Shown piece by piece: positions 24,528-37,206 of a DNA stretch of 50,711 bases; the first letter of the stretch is position 1, and every line of letters starts with the position of its first letter. This DNA is from Psammoneis japonica. Taxonomy: Eukaryota. Both the position numbers and the translations under genes were made by a program. The notes below the pieces were generated by a model. That model saw nothing but the letters and a program-made list of their open reading frames with translations. It did not search any database and had not been told where the DNA came from. The stretch covers positions 62,001-112,711 of the forward strand of contig QPGO01000100.1 of assembly GCA_008632985.1 (NCBI GenBank). The letters run 5' to 3'.

Positions 24528-26300
24528 CTCTCCGACACTTCCTCTGCTCTCTCCGATAAAGTTGACATGCTTCTCACCCGTCTTCATGACAAACAAACCC
24601 AGGCTCAACTCTTCAAGCACTGTTTTGTTCCATCCTCTGCTCACCTCCTTGGGGCTGACTTTCACTGCAACTTCGACCCCGACAATCCTCCGACCCCTTT
24701 CTCTGGACCTCTCCATTTCAAGACTTCCTCCTCACCGTCACTCACTGCTTCCTTCACTTTGCCACTTCCTTCGCCGCTCCTTTTCCTGACCATTCTGTTG
24801 CCATCGCCTTCCTTCCTGCCTCCTTGGGCGGGTTTGGTCTCTGGGATCCAACAGCTGCTGCCATTCCTTCCTTCTTGGTGTCGCTTCTCCGCTTGTTCTG
24901 CTTTGCTTCGCACGGTGTCAGCCTGCCATCTGGCACTTCTGTTTCCCTTCTGCGCTGCTTTCGGCTCTCCCTGTCTTCCTGGTCCAACCCTCGCTCTTCC
25001 CTGCAACTCTGTGCACTCTTCCGCCGTTGTGCTCCCGTTCTGGCTTCCGCCTCTACCCTTTCCTCTTCTTCCTTGGCTGCCCTGGTTAAATTGGCCACTC
25101 TTCCTGGCCTGGCCCGTCGCCTCTGCCATGAACATCAGCAGCAAGCAGTTGCCTCCATCCTTGCTAACTCATCTTACGACGTGCAATCTTTGCTCCCGTC
25201 ATTGCTGTCTCCGCTTACAAGCCTCCCTCTTCATTCCTTCTCCCGTTGCTTCCCAAGCTCCTGCCTTTCTTCGGACGCCTGCGTTGTTGCCGCCCTTCGC
25301 AAACTTCGTCTCCCCATCCTTCCTCCGTCCCTTGTCAACACTCCCTGTCCCTGTGGCCATGCAATCCTGGATGCCTGTGGTGATCATGCCTTTTCTTGCC
25401 GCCGTGCTCACAAGTCCAAGCTCTCCAATGGTCTCCGTGACACTGTTTTCATCCTGGCTCAAACTTTGGGACCTCTTGCAGAGTTCTGTCAATCCCCGGA
25501 TGACGTTCATCTCAAACCCACCAACCTGCTCCCCACCCGCCCGCTCCTCCGTCCCGCCAATGTCGGCATTTCAATTCCCCCTCCCGCGTCCCTTTCCGCT
25601 CCCTCCCGCCATCACTACATTGCAGTGGATGTTGCCATCCCTCAAGCTTCTTCTTGCCCTCCTCCAGGTCTGCCTGCTCCTCTTCTCCCATTTTAACTGA
25701 GGCACACCACTCGAGCGCAAGATTGAAGTTCCTTGGCCCCTCTGCTTCCTCTGCTGATGGATCCCTTGTTGTTTCTTTGCTCAACAACGATGGCATCTTC
25801 CTGCCCCCCTTCACTGTAGATCACCTTGGTGGTCTTGGCTGCTTTGCTCACCGCTTGCTCTTTGGTCCTGCGTCCTCCTCCAACTGCTCTCAGCCCAAGC
25901 CGCCCTGGTCCTCTTCCTCTGACTTTCGTCACTCCGATGCCTCCTGCTCCGCCTTTCTCCATGCTTTGTCATCTCCGTCTGCAATCCTTCCATCCGCTGA
26001 CTTCACATGGCGTGGCCTGTCCGCCGATTGCTTTGGGAGCGAGCACCTGCCATGCGGCCACCCCATCCCAGTGGGCCACCCAAACTCTTGGCTGCAACGT
26101 CGTTCTTCACCTTTCTACGCACATCCTCTGATTCACTTCCTCTCTCCCTGCTCCCTCCTCACCCATGCCTTCCTCTAAACGCCCTTCGTCTTGCGTCCTT
26201 TGGCCCTTCCACTCTGCCGTCTCTACACCTGCCTCCGTGCCTCCCTCTGCTGTTCCCTTCCACTCTGCATGGGCTCCCTTGATCTTCCATTTGCAAGTGG
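24528..26300 (+). mobile_element. CRE-clade non-LTR retrotransposon, part 2: thumb, CCHC knuckle and restriction-like endonuclease (frameshifted)
   Basis: LHDKQTQAQLFKHC..HLL, GGFGL, CPCGHAILDACGDHAFSC, KLSNGLRD, RPAN (RPAD with CG>CA at 25558), IAVDV, PFTVDHLGGLG. Strongly pyrimidine-rich sense strand. Confidence 0.85.
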
Positions 26301-26899
26301 TCAATGCTCCCTGAAGGGCTTTTTTTTTTAAATTTTTAATCACTCTTCATGCACCAGTGGAAAAAGTGTGCCTGTGCACATCTCACAGTTGTTGGTGCAC
26401 TGGAAAAACCGTCACAACGGCGCCTTGTTGAGGCTGAGCCAATGGCAATCTGCAACAAGTGGCAAGAACATTCGGCCAGAGGCAACAATGTGTTGATGGG
26501 TTCCATTGGAGAATGCCGCACCCACTTGACTGCCAGACTTCAAAATTGGGTGGTTTCTGTGGTCAAGCCTGGGCTGAGCTGAAGTTAAAAGAGAAAGGCA
26601 TGGCACCCCTCACTTTGCCAGGCACGCGCTGTTGCCAGCACCAGCGGGTGCCAATCCAGTGTGCTGGAAGCATGGATCAGCCAGCATCTGCCCACCCCAT
26701 GTCAGTGAAGCAGCAGCACTCTTGAGCTGGGTTTGGGTTTTCTCAATTGAGCCCTTGTCACACCAGGAGTGTGCAAACTTTCTACAGGCAATGTTTCACT
26801 GCTTTCAACAAATCTTTCAACTTTTTCTGAGCACAGCAAATTTGTGCCATGCAAGCACAACAAAGACTGAGTGGGCTCTTGTCCTGTGTCATCATTTGT

Positions 26900-26995
26900 C
26901 AAGGCATGAACACCAGGGGCGATGGCATTGATGCAAATCTTGTCTGCAGCAAATTCAAGAGCCAACCCACAAGTCAAATTGTCCAACTCAGTGGC
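26900..26995 (-). pseudogene. Short-chain dehydrogenase (SDR) C-terminal fragment
   Basis: LDNLTCGLALEFAADKICINAIAPG matches the SDR pattern LTRxLAxEx(n)IRVNAIAPG, with two Arg>Cys (CG>TG) changes. Confidence 0.55.
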
Positions 26996-29900
26996 ACATT
27001 GGACATTGGAGCACCAAACAAGATTGAGCTGCCCATGTTCGTCAACATTGATGTTTGGCTTGACTCACCAAATGCTTTTCTCATGAAGGGAAGGTTTGCT
27101 GAGCCCACACCAGATGCCAATGCCAAGATTCATTGTTTGGAGGGACAGAAGGATCGCATTGCAAGCTTGGATGAATCAAGGCTGAAGCTTGACAATGCTG
27201 ACAGCACCCAAGGTGGTCATCCAGCTGCTTTGTTTTGTGACCCAGTTGCTCAAGCCATGCCTGGCAACGCCTCTCACAAGAACTTGCACCATGCTTCAGG
27301 CATGTTTGGCATGGCGCAGGAGATTGGTGTGGAAGTGATCAAGAGCAGGCTGTTTGAGAGAGGCCTGGATCTGTGGTGTCAAGGATGTGGTGGACAGCAT
27401 TCCAGAGTTTTCCTGCACAGAGCAACAATTTGGATCCAAGTGATTTCCCAACATTCTGCCACCTGCCCATTTGCAACAAATGCAAGATGATGGAATGCAG
27501 GAAAAAGTCACAATTGCTCCAGTGGACATGCTCCAATCATCAAATGCAACTTCCGCCTGCTCTGAACAATTTAAAAACTTCTGTCATTCCTTCTTGCCCA
27601 AAGTCTTCAATTTACATTGTCTTGCAATCAGCAGTGACATGCTTGCACATGAAACCCCCATGCCTTGGTGTGTTCATTTGCCTGAACTGCAATTCATGAA
27701 CTGGAGTCCAGTGGCTGCTGGCTGGAGAGGAGCAGGCTCTTTCCCCGCTCTTGGCACCAACAGCTTTGCCATCATGGCAACAAGATGGAAACTGGCAATG
27801 CAGAGAGAACTGCCAGACTCTGGGCACTTGGCAACTGGAAATCTGGGCTGACAGAATGTGGAAGAGCTCTCAACACCTGTCAATTTGAAGAGCTCGCATC
27901 CCCAACTCAAACCAAAGCACTGCAATGACCATGATGCACATTTCCCACAAATGTTTGGACCACGATGAAAGCACAACCAGACCAACCATCACACTCTCAT
28001 GTTTCTTGCAACTTTTGCAAATCAAAGCACAAACACAGATTTGAGAGAGACTCATTTCACAACACCAGACTGGAAAAAGAGCAACAAGAAATGAGCTGAC
28101 TCCAGTGCAACAACTGCAAGAACCACTCTAAGAGGCAACAACAAGAACAAATCAACATGGGCTGCACAAAAGATTTCCTCATGAAAATTGTTCTTGTTGA
28201 TGCAGAAGCGCTTGGGGACCAAGAAGACAACTCTGGGGCACACACAGTGGTGGGCGTCAGTGCCGCCTTTCTTGCAGTCTGTGCCTGCATTTGCATTTGC
28301 CAAGAAAATGAGAATGCCGGGGTGCTGAATCCCAATGTCCCATCACCCACGTGTTTGCAACAAATGTGAGATCAGAGGAAGAGCCCAAATCATGTGCAGC
28401 AGCTGGACCCTGCAGCAAAATTCAGAAAGTCAAAATTGCTCAAAGGAACTTTGTTCATCAAACACAACTTTGGTCTGCGTGCGCTTGAAACCCCTCAACA
28501 TCCACTCTTCCTTCTTGCTCTCCACATTCAATTTGTTGGAAACCACCACAAAATGGAGCATGGCACACATGCTTTTGCTGTGCTCATCTGCCTGAACTTG
28601 AATCATTTCTTTGGTTGTCTGCCTTTCTGAACCAGAGTCCATGGGCAGCAAGAGAGAGGCCCTCATGCAGGTGACAAGCAGGGGGCATGGAAACAAAGGG
28701 GTTGCTGTCAAAAAGCTCTCTTTCTGTGGACAACATCATCACTGTTGATTGTCACAAAATTCCAAGTGCATCTCAAGCAATGCCTGGCACCCATTGTGAA
28801 CAACCATGGAAGAATTCCTGCTCCCAATGTCATTTGCTTTCTGGTGCAATGTGCAGTGCCATCCACCATTCACTGTCCACAAGCCTGGGCTGCCTGTGAA
28901 TCATCCAAGCCAGTGGTGCTTGTCAAATGCAGTTGTGCGCTGCCACAACAAATCTTGGTGGCCGCAAGTCAACAACATCATGAAATGACAACAACTTTTC
29001 AAAGGTTTTGTGCACCTTGTTTGACAGCCATGAGCTAAATTCAAAGTTGCAGTCTTGGTGCTCTGCCTCATCTCTTGTCCCAGCAAATTTGTTGGGACTG
29101 TGGCAATCACAACTGCCACACACAGACCAATTGTGACCTCAGATTCTGACCCGTGTCCTTTCAGCACAACAGCAAAAGAAGCTAGAATCATTTTGATGAT
29201 GAAAGAACACCAACAGCAAGCTGACAATGCATTTTTTGCCCACTTGCACCAAACCTGCTTTGACTGTTCTCTCACTTGAGCCATGCTTCTGTTGGTGCTC
29301 TTGGCTGCATGTGCCGCCCCTCTTTTGATGACTCTTTTGCTTGATTGGCCATTTACAATCCTCTTGTGTGTCCTTTCAGATGACAGCAAAAGGGAGTGAG
29401 CAACATTTCATCAATGACAAAACAACAGCAGCAAAACCTCCGCTGGCATTTTCAGCTCCTTGTGCCATCTCTTTTGATGACTCCTTTGCTTGATCAGCTC
29501 TTTGATCTTCTTTTGTGCACTCTTTTGGATGACAGCAAAAGGAGTGAGAACACCTCAACAAAGACAGACATCAATGAGACTGTTCAAGATGGGGCTGCAT
29601 CTCCTGCTTGGCTTTGTCAACATTGCCAAGTGATTGCAAGAGCCTTGCTGCATCAAGGTGCTGCTGAAGCTGTTGCTGCACATGACTCTGGCTCTCTGAG
29701 TTTCTTGCAGCATGGTTGTCAAGGAGGAGTTCTTGCCCTGTGCATTTCTTTGCACTTCAACACATCCACAACACATGTCAATGATGCACAAAGATCACAG
29801 TTCTTGTCTTGTGCTTTGAGCTGTCAAACACTGACTTGACATTTGAAATGTTGATGTCAGTTTTTGTTGTGTTTGTGCCTCCAAACCACATGCCGTCTCA

Positions 29901-32399
29901 TCCTTTTCCAGCAACTCTGAGTCACCCACCAACATGGCAGCACCATTGTCATTGTTAGCGCTTCTCTCTTCCAAGACATGCTTTGTTGTTGCACGTGCCA
30001 ATGTTGCAAGCTCCAAGATGCTCAGATTTGTTGAGTGCTCTTCATGGCCACCTCCAGCACTCCCCACAATGCTTGTTGGATGATGGTCAACAAATGCACC
30101 TCATGGTGCCAATGCTCATGCTGTGACAATTCTTTTTCCCTTTTGTCACCCACCTCTTTTGCAGGCTTCTGGAAAAGCTGCGGGGCTTCTCCCTTCCAGA
30201 AGACTCCACAACTCCACCATCTTCTTCTCAAGCTTCCAAGGATTCTTAAAAATTTCACCGATGAGCCCAAGAGACCATCTGGCTCAGCCAAAAAGTTGAG
30301 ATGCAGCTTTGCCCAACTGCTTCTTTGCTGCCATCAAGATGAAGCAGCGCTGGACACATGCGGGGCTGCAGCAGTGCCTGTCTGGCAAACTGTGCTCACA
30401 AGACATCTGTCGCAACTCTCTCAATGCTGCATGTGTGCACACTGGCCAAACAACTGCCTTGCCTTGGGGCATGCTGCGCCCTCCACAAAAAGCATCAGCT
30501 GCAGAAACCACTTCAGCTGGCACTCATGTGGTGTTGCTGCAATGACAGGAGATGCTGTTGCAGCTGAAGGAAGGCAGCCGGCCAAAGGAGCTCCTGTCAG
30601 CTCTTTTGCAGCCAAGAGTGCTGGCTGCAGCATGATCTTCCTTAAAGTGGTGTGGAGTGAATCCATCTCATGTCATGAGATCCAGCACAATTTCCTGCAT
30701 CATGATGACATCTTCTTCCTCAGCTGTTGGTTTGTCCAGCACACGAGAGTGCTCCTCCAGAGGAACGCAGATTCAGGCAACTCTTTTGAAATGTTGTTGA
30801 GTTGCTCAGCAGCAATGATTTTGCACTTTCTCATGTGTTCACACAGACAGGATTCACCCTTGCCAAGTTGACCCTGTGCCAATGTGCTTCTCCCCAGGGT
30901 GGTTGAGAGGGCACCCTGCTTTTTGGTCTTTGTTGGCAACATCTGCAAAGGTTGTCATGGCAGTGATGAGCAATTTTGAGACATCTGCTTTGTGAGTTGA
31001 CACAACTTTGAGAAGAGAAGCATCATGAACAATGTCCTTTGAAACAAAACTTCACCAGCAACATCCTTCATTGGCCTGGGAAGCACCTCCAACACCATCA
31101 TTTTCAAACCAACAGGGTTTGACAATGTCACATTGTTTGTTGGTTGCCAGAAAACCACCAGGCACATGCACATTTGAAGTTCACATGCAACATCACCCAT
31201 TGGTGCACCATGAGTGACAGACAGTGCAGTGGGGTGAAACAGCTTTTTGCAGGCACAGGAAATGACAGGGCTCTCAGAGATGGAGCGGCAAGTTGTTTGT
31301 GCAGTTTGGAGGAGCAGCGCCTGAGTTGGTTGGTGAGTGCTTTGGTGACAGCAAGGCTGAAGCTTTGCAAGCTCCATTGTGCAGGGGTGGCAGCATGGTG
31401 GGTGAGGCCAAATTGGGCAGAAGTGGCATTGGACCAGGCAGCTGTGGTGGCAGGGATCAGGCCAGATGGAGATGGGAAGCTGCTTGCCCTGGAGTTGGGT
31501 CAGAGATGACATCATCATGGCAGACAGATCTGTTTTGCCCTCGAGTCGGTCGCGTGAAAAAACTGGAAGACCCGCAACACAAGCACTCGTTGACGCTCGA
31601 GGAAGCTGTCGCGTTGAATGGTTTGATGAGTGGAAAACTGAAGAAACAGCTCAAAGTGATGTCCGAGCAACAGCAAGACATTGGAAAAGCCATTGCTCTG
31701 CTTGAATCTTTGTGGCTACTTCCACCTTGTCACCGCGAAAGTTCTGGCAACGTCGTAGTGTTTTCTGTGCCACCGTAGTGTAGAGAAAGCCAGTGAAGCA
31801 AAAACTTGAATGAAACTTGAGTTCCTCCTACTAGGACGCACCGATACGTCGTAGGTTGCATTGCGTGAGGCGCTTCGGCTCCGCCGCCAGCTTAAGTTTG
31901 GTGTTTGCTCAATAGTTGTTGCGATGCAATTTACTCTACTTTGCGAGATGTTTTTTTTTGTTTCGCACAATTTCACCCGCTTCCAGCTTTCTCTCCAACA
32001 GTGCGATGGTGTTTCATCCACTGCTTTTTTCATTGATCTCGAATTCATGTTTGGTATTTTCTGGTTGGTGAGCTTGTTACGAGAGCGATAGAAGCCCAAG
32101 TTAGCTAGTTTCGTCTCAGGTTGAGTCAGTATGCCCATTACCTCTCTACATAGGGTTATTTATGTGTAGTACAGCGGGTCGAGTAAACAAACCGCCGACG
32201 GACCAACTCAAACAATTCGCTCATTGAGGCCATGGCAATTTCACAACTCATGCTACCGTACTCGTCTTTGACCGGTGTTCACTTTTCGTCGCCGAGAGGA
32301 ATGGGATATAACGACCTTTTTAAGATATACACGTGCGTAGCAATCTGAGAGCAAATTCTAGACGTTGGCGGAAATCATGCACTTTTCATTGGCCAGAGA

Positions 32400-33469
32400 C
32401 TAGAGCATGTCGCCGATTTTCATCACAAGCTTGCCTCTGGTGTGTCCACTGGCTAGCATGTCGAGAATTCCTCCATCGCTCAATGCTTGTTTCCAGTCTT
32501 CCGATCCGGCCAATGCATCCAAATCAGGAGAAAGCGGCGCTGATATTCTCGCGTCACTCACAATGTGTTGAAGCAAATCTTCAATCTCCGCCGCGGGCTG
32601 CACAAATTCAAAGTTGTTCGAAAACTGTTAAAGACAGTTTGGGTGGTGACCGTCGCGCCCTTGAAAAAGACAAAACTCAAGTCCAAGCTCTCGATTGCTT
32701 CGCCAGCCACAACCAAGCAAATAGAGCCGTAGGGTCGAATCACTTTGGACAACATGCCAAACAGTTCTTGTGTCGGCTCTGCTAGGCACAAGATGTAATC
32801 CACGCTTCCCTCACGACCACCCCTGAGATTCAGTGTAATTTCGTTGTGTTGAATGACTTGCGACGCTCCCATCTTGGGACACCATTGTCGGGATGCTCCC
32901 GTCGAAGCGGTACAGATAATTTTGAGACTTGGATACAAAACTCGTGCCAGCTGTGTCGCCCATGATCCCACACCTCCGGCTCCACCCACAATTAACAGGG
33001 TGGGATCTGTACCTCGAAGCGGTGCGTTATTGCCTAGACCTAGTTTCAACAGCGCTTCATAAGCTGTACAACCACTCAATGGAACGGTAGCCGCGTCCTT
33101 TAGCGAGATTTCAAAGGGCACTGGCGCCACTGAACGTGAATCCACAAGCACATGAGTCGCATGCGCTCCCGAACGGGATGGATCACACAGAAACGCAACA
33201 CGCTTTCCGTTATTGTAGTCTCCCGATACATTTGCACCCGTCGCTTCAATGACTCCTGATCCTCCATACCCAACAATTACTGGTCCACCGGGCACGGCTT
33301 GTCCCTCTTTTGGACCGCCCGATAGCTTGTGCAAGTCCACTGGATTCAGTTCGGCGTATGCAACCTTGATGAGAACATCGTTGGGGCGGCATTCCGGCAG
33401 CTCATCCATGGAGTCCCAGTCCAACACCTTCGAGTGTGGACCATACTGCGTTGCTCCGAGAAATTCCAT
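32400..33469 (-). CDS. MDR-superfamily NAD(P)H quinone-oxidoreductase-like protein, with one frameshift near 32615
   Basis: DVLIKVAYAELNPVD, GYGGSGVIEATG, AATVPLSGCTAYEAL, LIVGGAGGVGS. The C-terminus (ASGHTRGKLVMKI) continues in another frame from about 32615. Confidence 0.85.
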
Positions 33470-33774
33470 GCTATAATAAGGCTGCTTGGGAGAGAATAAT
33501 AATGTTGTTGCAGAAATAAGCATACGGTACATGCTCGATACTCGCTTCAAAATAAATGCGTGTCAGGAAACATGAAAAAGATCTCACACAAAAAAGATCT
33601 TTGATGGAATCTCCTGCGGAAGTGCATGACCTTGTATGCGGTGCATAACTGTTTTTGATCCTCGTGTTTGAAGAGTGTACATAAAGAAACCAATTATTGT
33701 TGTCAGTGCATGCGTGCTGGAGTGTTCGCACCAGCAGCCGCCGCACTCGCCCCTGCAGGGATGGTGAGGGAGTC

Positions 33775-34180
33775 CAGCGACAAAGTTTGCACCCCCCAGG
33801 AACGCAAGGGAAACAAGTACGGTAGTTTGTTTCGTATGGTCAGCAGAACCACAGCGATAAAGTTTGCAGTACCCCATGAACCTCGACTGCAGGAAAGCAA
33901 TTGCGCGGAGGAACCACCGCGAAAAAGTTTGTAGCCCCCAAGGAACCTCCACGAGAAAGTTTGTAGCCCCCCAGGAACGCAATCGCGAGAAGTTTCTGTA
34001 GCGTCAGGAATAACAATGGAAAACTTTGTAACCCACAGGAACCCCCGCGCTATATTTGTATCCCCGGGGAACCCCGGCGAGAAAGTTTGTAGCCCCCCAG
34101 GAACGCAACAGCGAGAAGTACAGCGTCACCGGAATCACAATGGAGAACTTTGTATCCCCCCAGGAACCCCCGCGAGAATA
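33775..34180. repeat. Degenerate minisatellite, ~9 units, consensus GCGAGAAAGTTTGTAGCCCCCCAGGAAC
   Basis: Unit cores near 33782, 33858, 33924, 33956, 34021, 34052, 34082 and 34145. Higher-order duplication of ~33952-34050 at ~34077-34175. Confidence 0.8.
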
Positions 34181-34965
34181 TCCCCGAATGGGACTCGTGC
34201 TAGACTACAGAGGTGAATGTTGCATATGGGATTCAACGGATGTGACGTAGCCCTAAGTATATAAAGATGATATGAAAAAAGTATTATAAAATTAAATAAA
34301 AAGGATCTGAAAAGCTTATATAAAAACGAGAATGACCCTCACCGAATTTTCGACGCGAAAAACGACGACGCCATGGCGATAAAAGCAGCTTGCGTTGATC
34401 CCACACTACTCTATGCTACAAAACCAAGGCATGAATCGGCGCATATTATTACGAAGATATTATATTTGCACAATGTATACGATCGGTGGTAACCTTGGTA
34501 CTCAAATCGAAGGCGTACTCTTGACACCAAAAATGACGCCCTGTAGAAACCCATACAAATTCTACGCAAAAATGAAATCTCCAATCATCGGGCGCCTGCA
34601 CAAACGGCGACCGGCAACGCTACACAAACAACCTCAGCAATCAACCAACATGTCACGAGGTTTGTTAGACAATGAATGAGACGACCGTATCAATAAAAGT
34701 GCCATACCACACGAACGGCGACGACAGTGAGCGGGTCATTGTCGATGCAGCGGATTTGTGCGACTCCGATGGCCACGGATTGAGAACTTCACGCTGTGGG
34801 GGTAAAAGCGAAGACACACGGGCAGACGAAAAATGCATGACCTTCGGTCATGCATACCGGTAGAGGTTATGAGGTTACCCGCGTCATCGCATCAGGCATC
34901 GCATAGGGCCCTAGCCATGATGGATGCGATCTTTTGCCGGCGTCATTCAACAAACCCACATAGCC

Positions 34966-35535
34966 ATGACTTGTCGTCTTCTTTTCGTGTTTTCCTTGTA
35001 TTTGTCGGTAGCGAATACCTTACAGCCGAGCTGCCACAACAACGCAAAGACAATTTCGAGGCGACCGTTTCTATCCTCGTTTCTTGCGGCATCAATAACT
35101 GCGGTTGCTCCTGGAGTTGCGAATGCCGCCTATGGACAGTCAGCGAGTATTGAGCTTCCGAGTTATATCGACTTTTTGATTGAAAAGTCAAAAACTGTCG
35201 ATCCTGATTCGTTTTTATACAAGGGAGCAGATGCAGAGAGGCAATTGCAAAAGATCGCCTCGGCGGCAAAGCGATTGACCGAAATCTCGGGTTTAGCCGA
35301 GGAGAAAAAGTGGTCTCAAATCTCGGGAATTCTAACCGGACCGCTGGGAGAGTTGATGCAAACCATGACTCTAGTCAGTGGTAGCTCGAACGATTCCAAG
35401 GAGGCGGCGAAAAAGGTCAAGGCAGACTTGTATGCTATTGGAAATGGTGCAGCCAAAAAGAGTGAATCGGCATGCAAAGAGGCAACTGCTGCGACTCTTA
35501 AGGACTTGGAGGCGTTTGTCAAGATTGCATTTTAG
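34966..35535 (+). CDS. PsbQ-like thylakoid lumen protein with signal peptide, transit peptide and Tat presequence
   Basis: Hydrophobic signal, SRRPFL twin-arginine motif, ANA-A cleavage site, then KKWSQISGILTGPLGELMQTM resembling the PsbQ/CyanoQ W..(H)GPLG.L helix motif. Confidence 0.75.
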   Translation: MTCRLLFVFSLYLSVANTLQPSCHNNAKTISRRPFLSSFLAASITAVAPGVANAAYGQSASIELPSYIDFLIEKSKTVDPDSFLYKGADAERQLQKIASAAKRLTEISGLAEEKKWSQISGILTGPLGELMQTMTLVSGSSNDSKEAAKKVKADLYAIGNGAAKKSESACKEATAATLKDLEAFVKIAF

Positions 35536-35792
35536 AAGGGATCATCATCAGGGTGCTAAGAACATGCTTGAGTTGTTCCAAACAGTGCCAAGCGAGATGC
35601 GAGATGATCCTTCTCTGAAAGAGAGTGAAGTTCAGCTTCACCCACTCATAACGACTAGGCGTTCGACGTTGACGCCAGCAGATTCTTAACAGGCTAGCTA
35701 GACCGCGATGCGTTTTCCAGGATGAACTTATGCGAAAAGAAAATCTAGAATCAAAATGGTACTTTGTGAACCAGGCGCCGCACGTATGCTCC

Positions 35793-35874
35793 CAACATGG
35801 TCATGTTTGCTCAGGTATGGCAAAAGGAACAATATCCATTAACGCCATACCGTCATTTCACACCAACCATGTTG
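35793..35874 (-). promoter_or_regulatory. SECIS element in the 3' UTR of the SelT gene
   Basis: Minus strand: helix I CAACATGGT/ACCATGTTG, ATGAC/TGAG quartet, helix II GGTATGGCG/TGCCATACC, unpaired AA, and an apical GGA/TCC mini-stem (form 2). Confidence 0.88.
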
Positions 35875-35926
35875 TAGAAATAATGTGCGTTGACAGAGAA
35901 CCCAGGCGATATACCGGGACGTGGCT

Positions 35927-36607
35927 CTACCTCTGCGCAGAAGCAAGTCCGGCACTCACCAGGGGCAACGTTAGATCATCCATATTCGGAAGCCGCCCCT
36001 TTTCAAGCTTGGAAAAGACAAGGTTTCCATCCAATTCAACCTCAAAGGCTCCACTAATCACAAAGCTTTGTAGAACTTGCGGTAAAATCAAAAAGAAAAG
36101 AATACCGAGCTGCATCCCGTATTCTTTCGCCTTGAACCAAATCTCGGGAGGGTTCATTTTCAACAGACTCCACAACTTATCACCCATGAGTAGACCTGCA
36201 AGAAAGAACAGTTGAATTGCCGCCAACACCTTCAACAGGACACCCACCGTGGGTGGCGGAGGATAATTCTCTCCCGAAACGTGTCCGCGTAATTCGGGGA
36301 AGGAAGCTTCGAGGAACTCTCTCACCCGGAGATAGTTCCTCTGCATACCTCAGCTAGCACAGTACTGAATATGAACTGAACGAAACTCCGGTACGGCTTC
36401 TGCTTTTACGTCGTTCTGGTCAAACTCGGACTTGGCGCAGCAGTTATTCGTCACAAAAACACGGTGTGAGTGTAGGGGTCGAATTATGACGTTTGAAATA
36501 CAGAATCACGGCCTCTATTCTCCTACCTCGGCGTTTATTGATATTGAAAGAAGAGCAAGACCCAATAAAAGCCATGCTAGCTTTTGCAACGGCCGTCGCT
36601 TCATCAT
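35927..36607 (-). CDS. SELENOT: Selenoprotein T (Rdx family), 2 exons, in-frame UGA-Sec
   Basis: Exon 1 36607-36527 encodes a signal peptide, intron 36526-36431 is GT..AG, and exon 2 reads VHIQYCASUG (TGA at 36352-36350), GENYPPP, SGAFEV, FSKLEKGRLP. A SECIS lies downstream. Confidence 0.92.
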
Positions 36608-37206
36608 GGTGACGGGCTTTCCGACGAAGTCTTTGTGTTTTTGGAATTGGTCTGCAGGCAAGTTCCCCCCCCCCCTTCTCGTACCGGTAGACTTCAGTAT
36701 GCACGACTCCTACGCGGAGGGGGAAAACCCGTGGAACCACCCGGTAGACTTACAGACTGTCTGTCTGTACGCACGGGCGGGCGGTAATACAGTAAGGTTA
36801 TTAGTAAGCCGGATCGCAGCCTCCTTTGCCTTTTGCTCTAGCGGTAGCTTTCAACGAAGTTACCTACCATATGCAGGACTAGTAACATCTGTGACATCAT
36901 CCTCTACTGTATGCGTATCATTCCTAGCTTGAACGCTAAAGAACGTTTCCACCCAGCTGTCGAAACGATTCGTGAGACGAACACCTTGCTTTGTCGAAAC
37001 GCCGCAAACATGACTCTAGCATGGGGGGCATCATGCCGAATTCAAAATACAAGTCTTCCGACTTCTCTTTGATATATCGTTCACTATCTAAGACGCAGTT
37101 CAACTCCAAACATTTTAATAGTTTTTGGCTGTCGAACCTTTCTTTTCCTCCTCGGTTCTGAGGGCGATTTCGTAGATACGATCCCTGCTTTTCTACCGCA
37201 CCAAAA

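Noticed and set aside
1..31700. Hundreds of overlapping Cys/His/Gln-rich ORFs in all six frames (e.g. 12586-13701, 12344-13177, 30035-30871)
   Set aside because: Loss of TAA/TAG stops and gain of TGY/CAY codons from TpA and CpG depletion explains them. They are not evidence of metal-binding proteins.
33775..34180. Possible CRISPR array
   Set aside because: Repeats are degenerate, spacers are irregular and themselves duplicated, no cas genes are present, and the context is eukaryotic.
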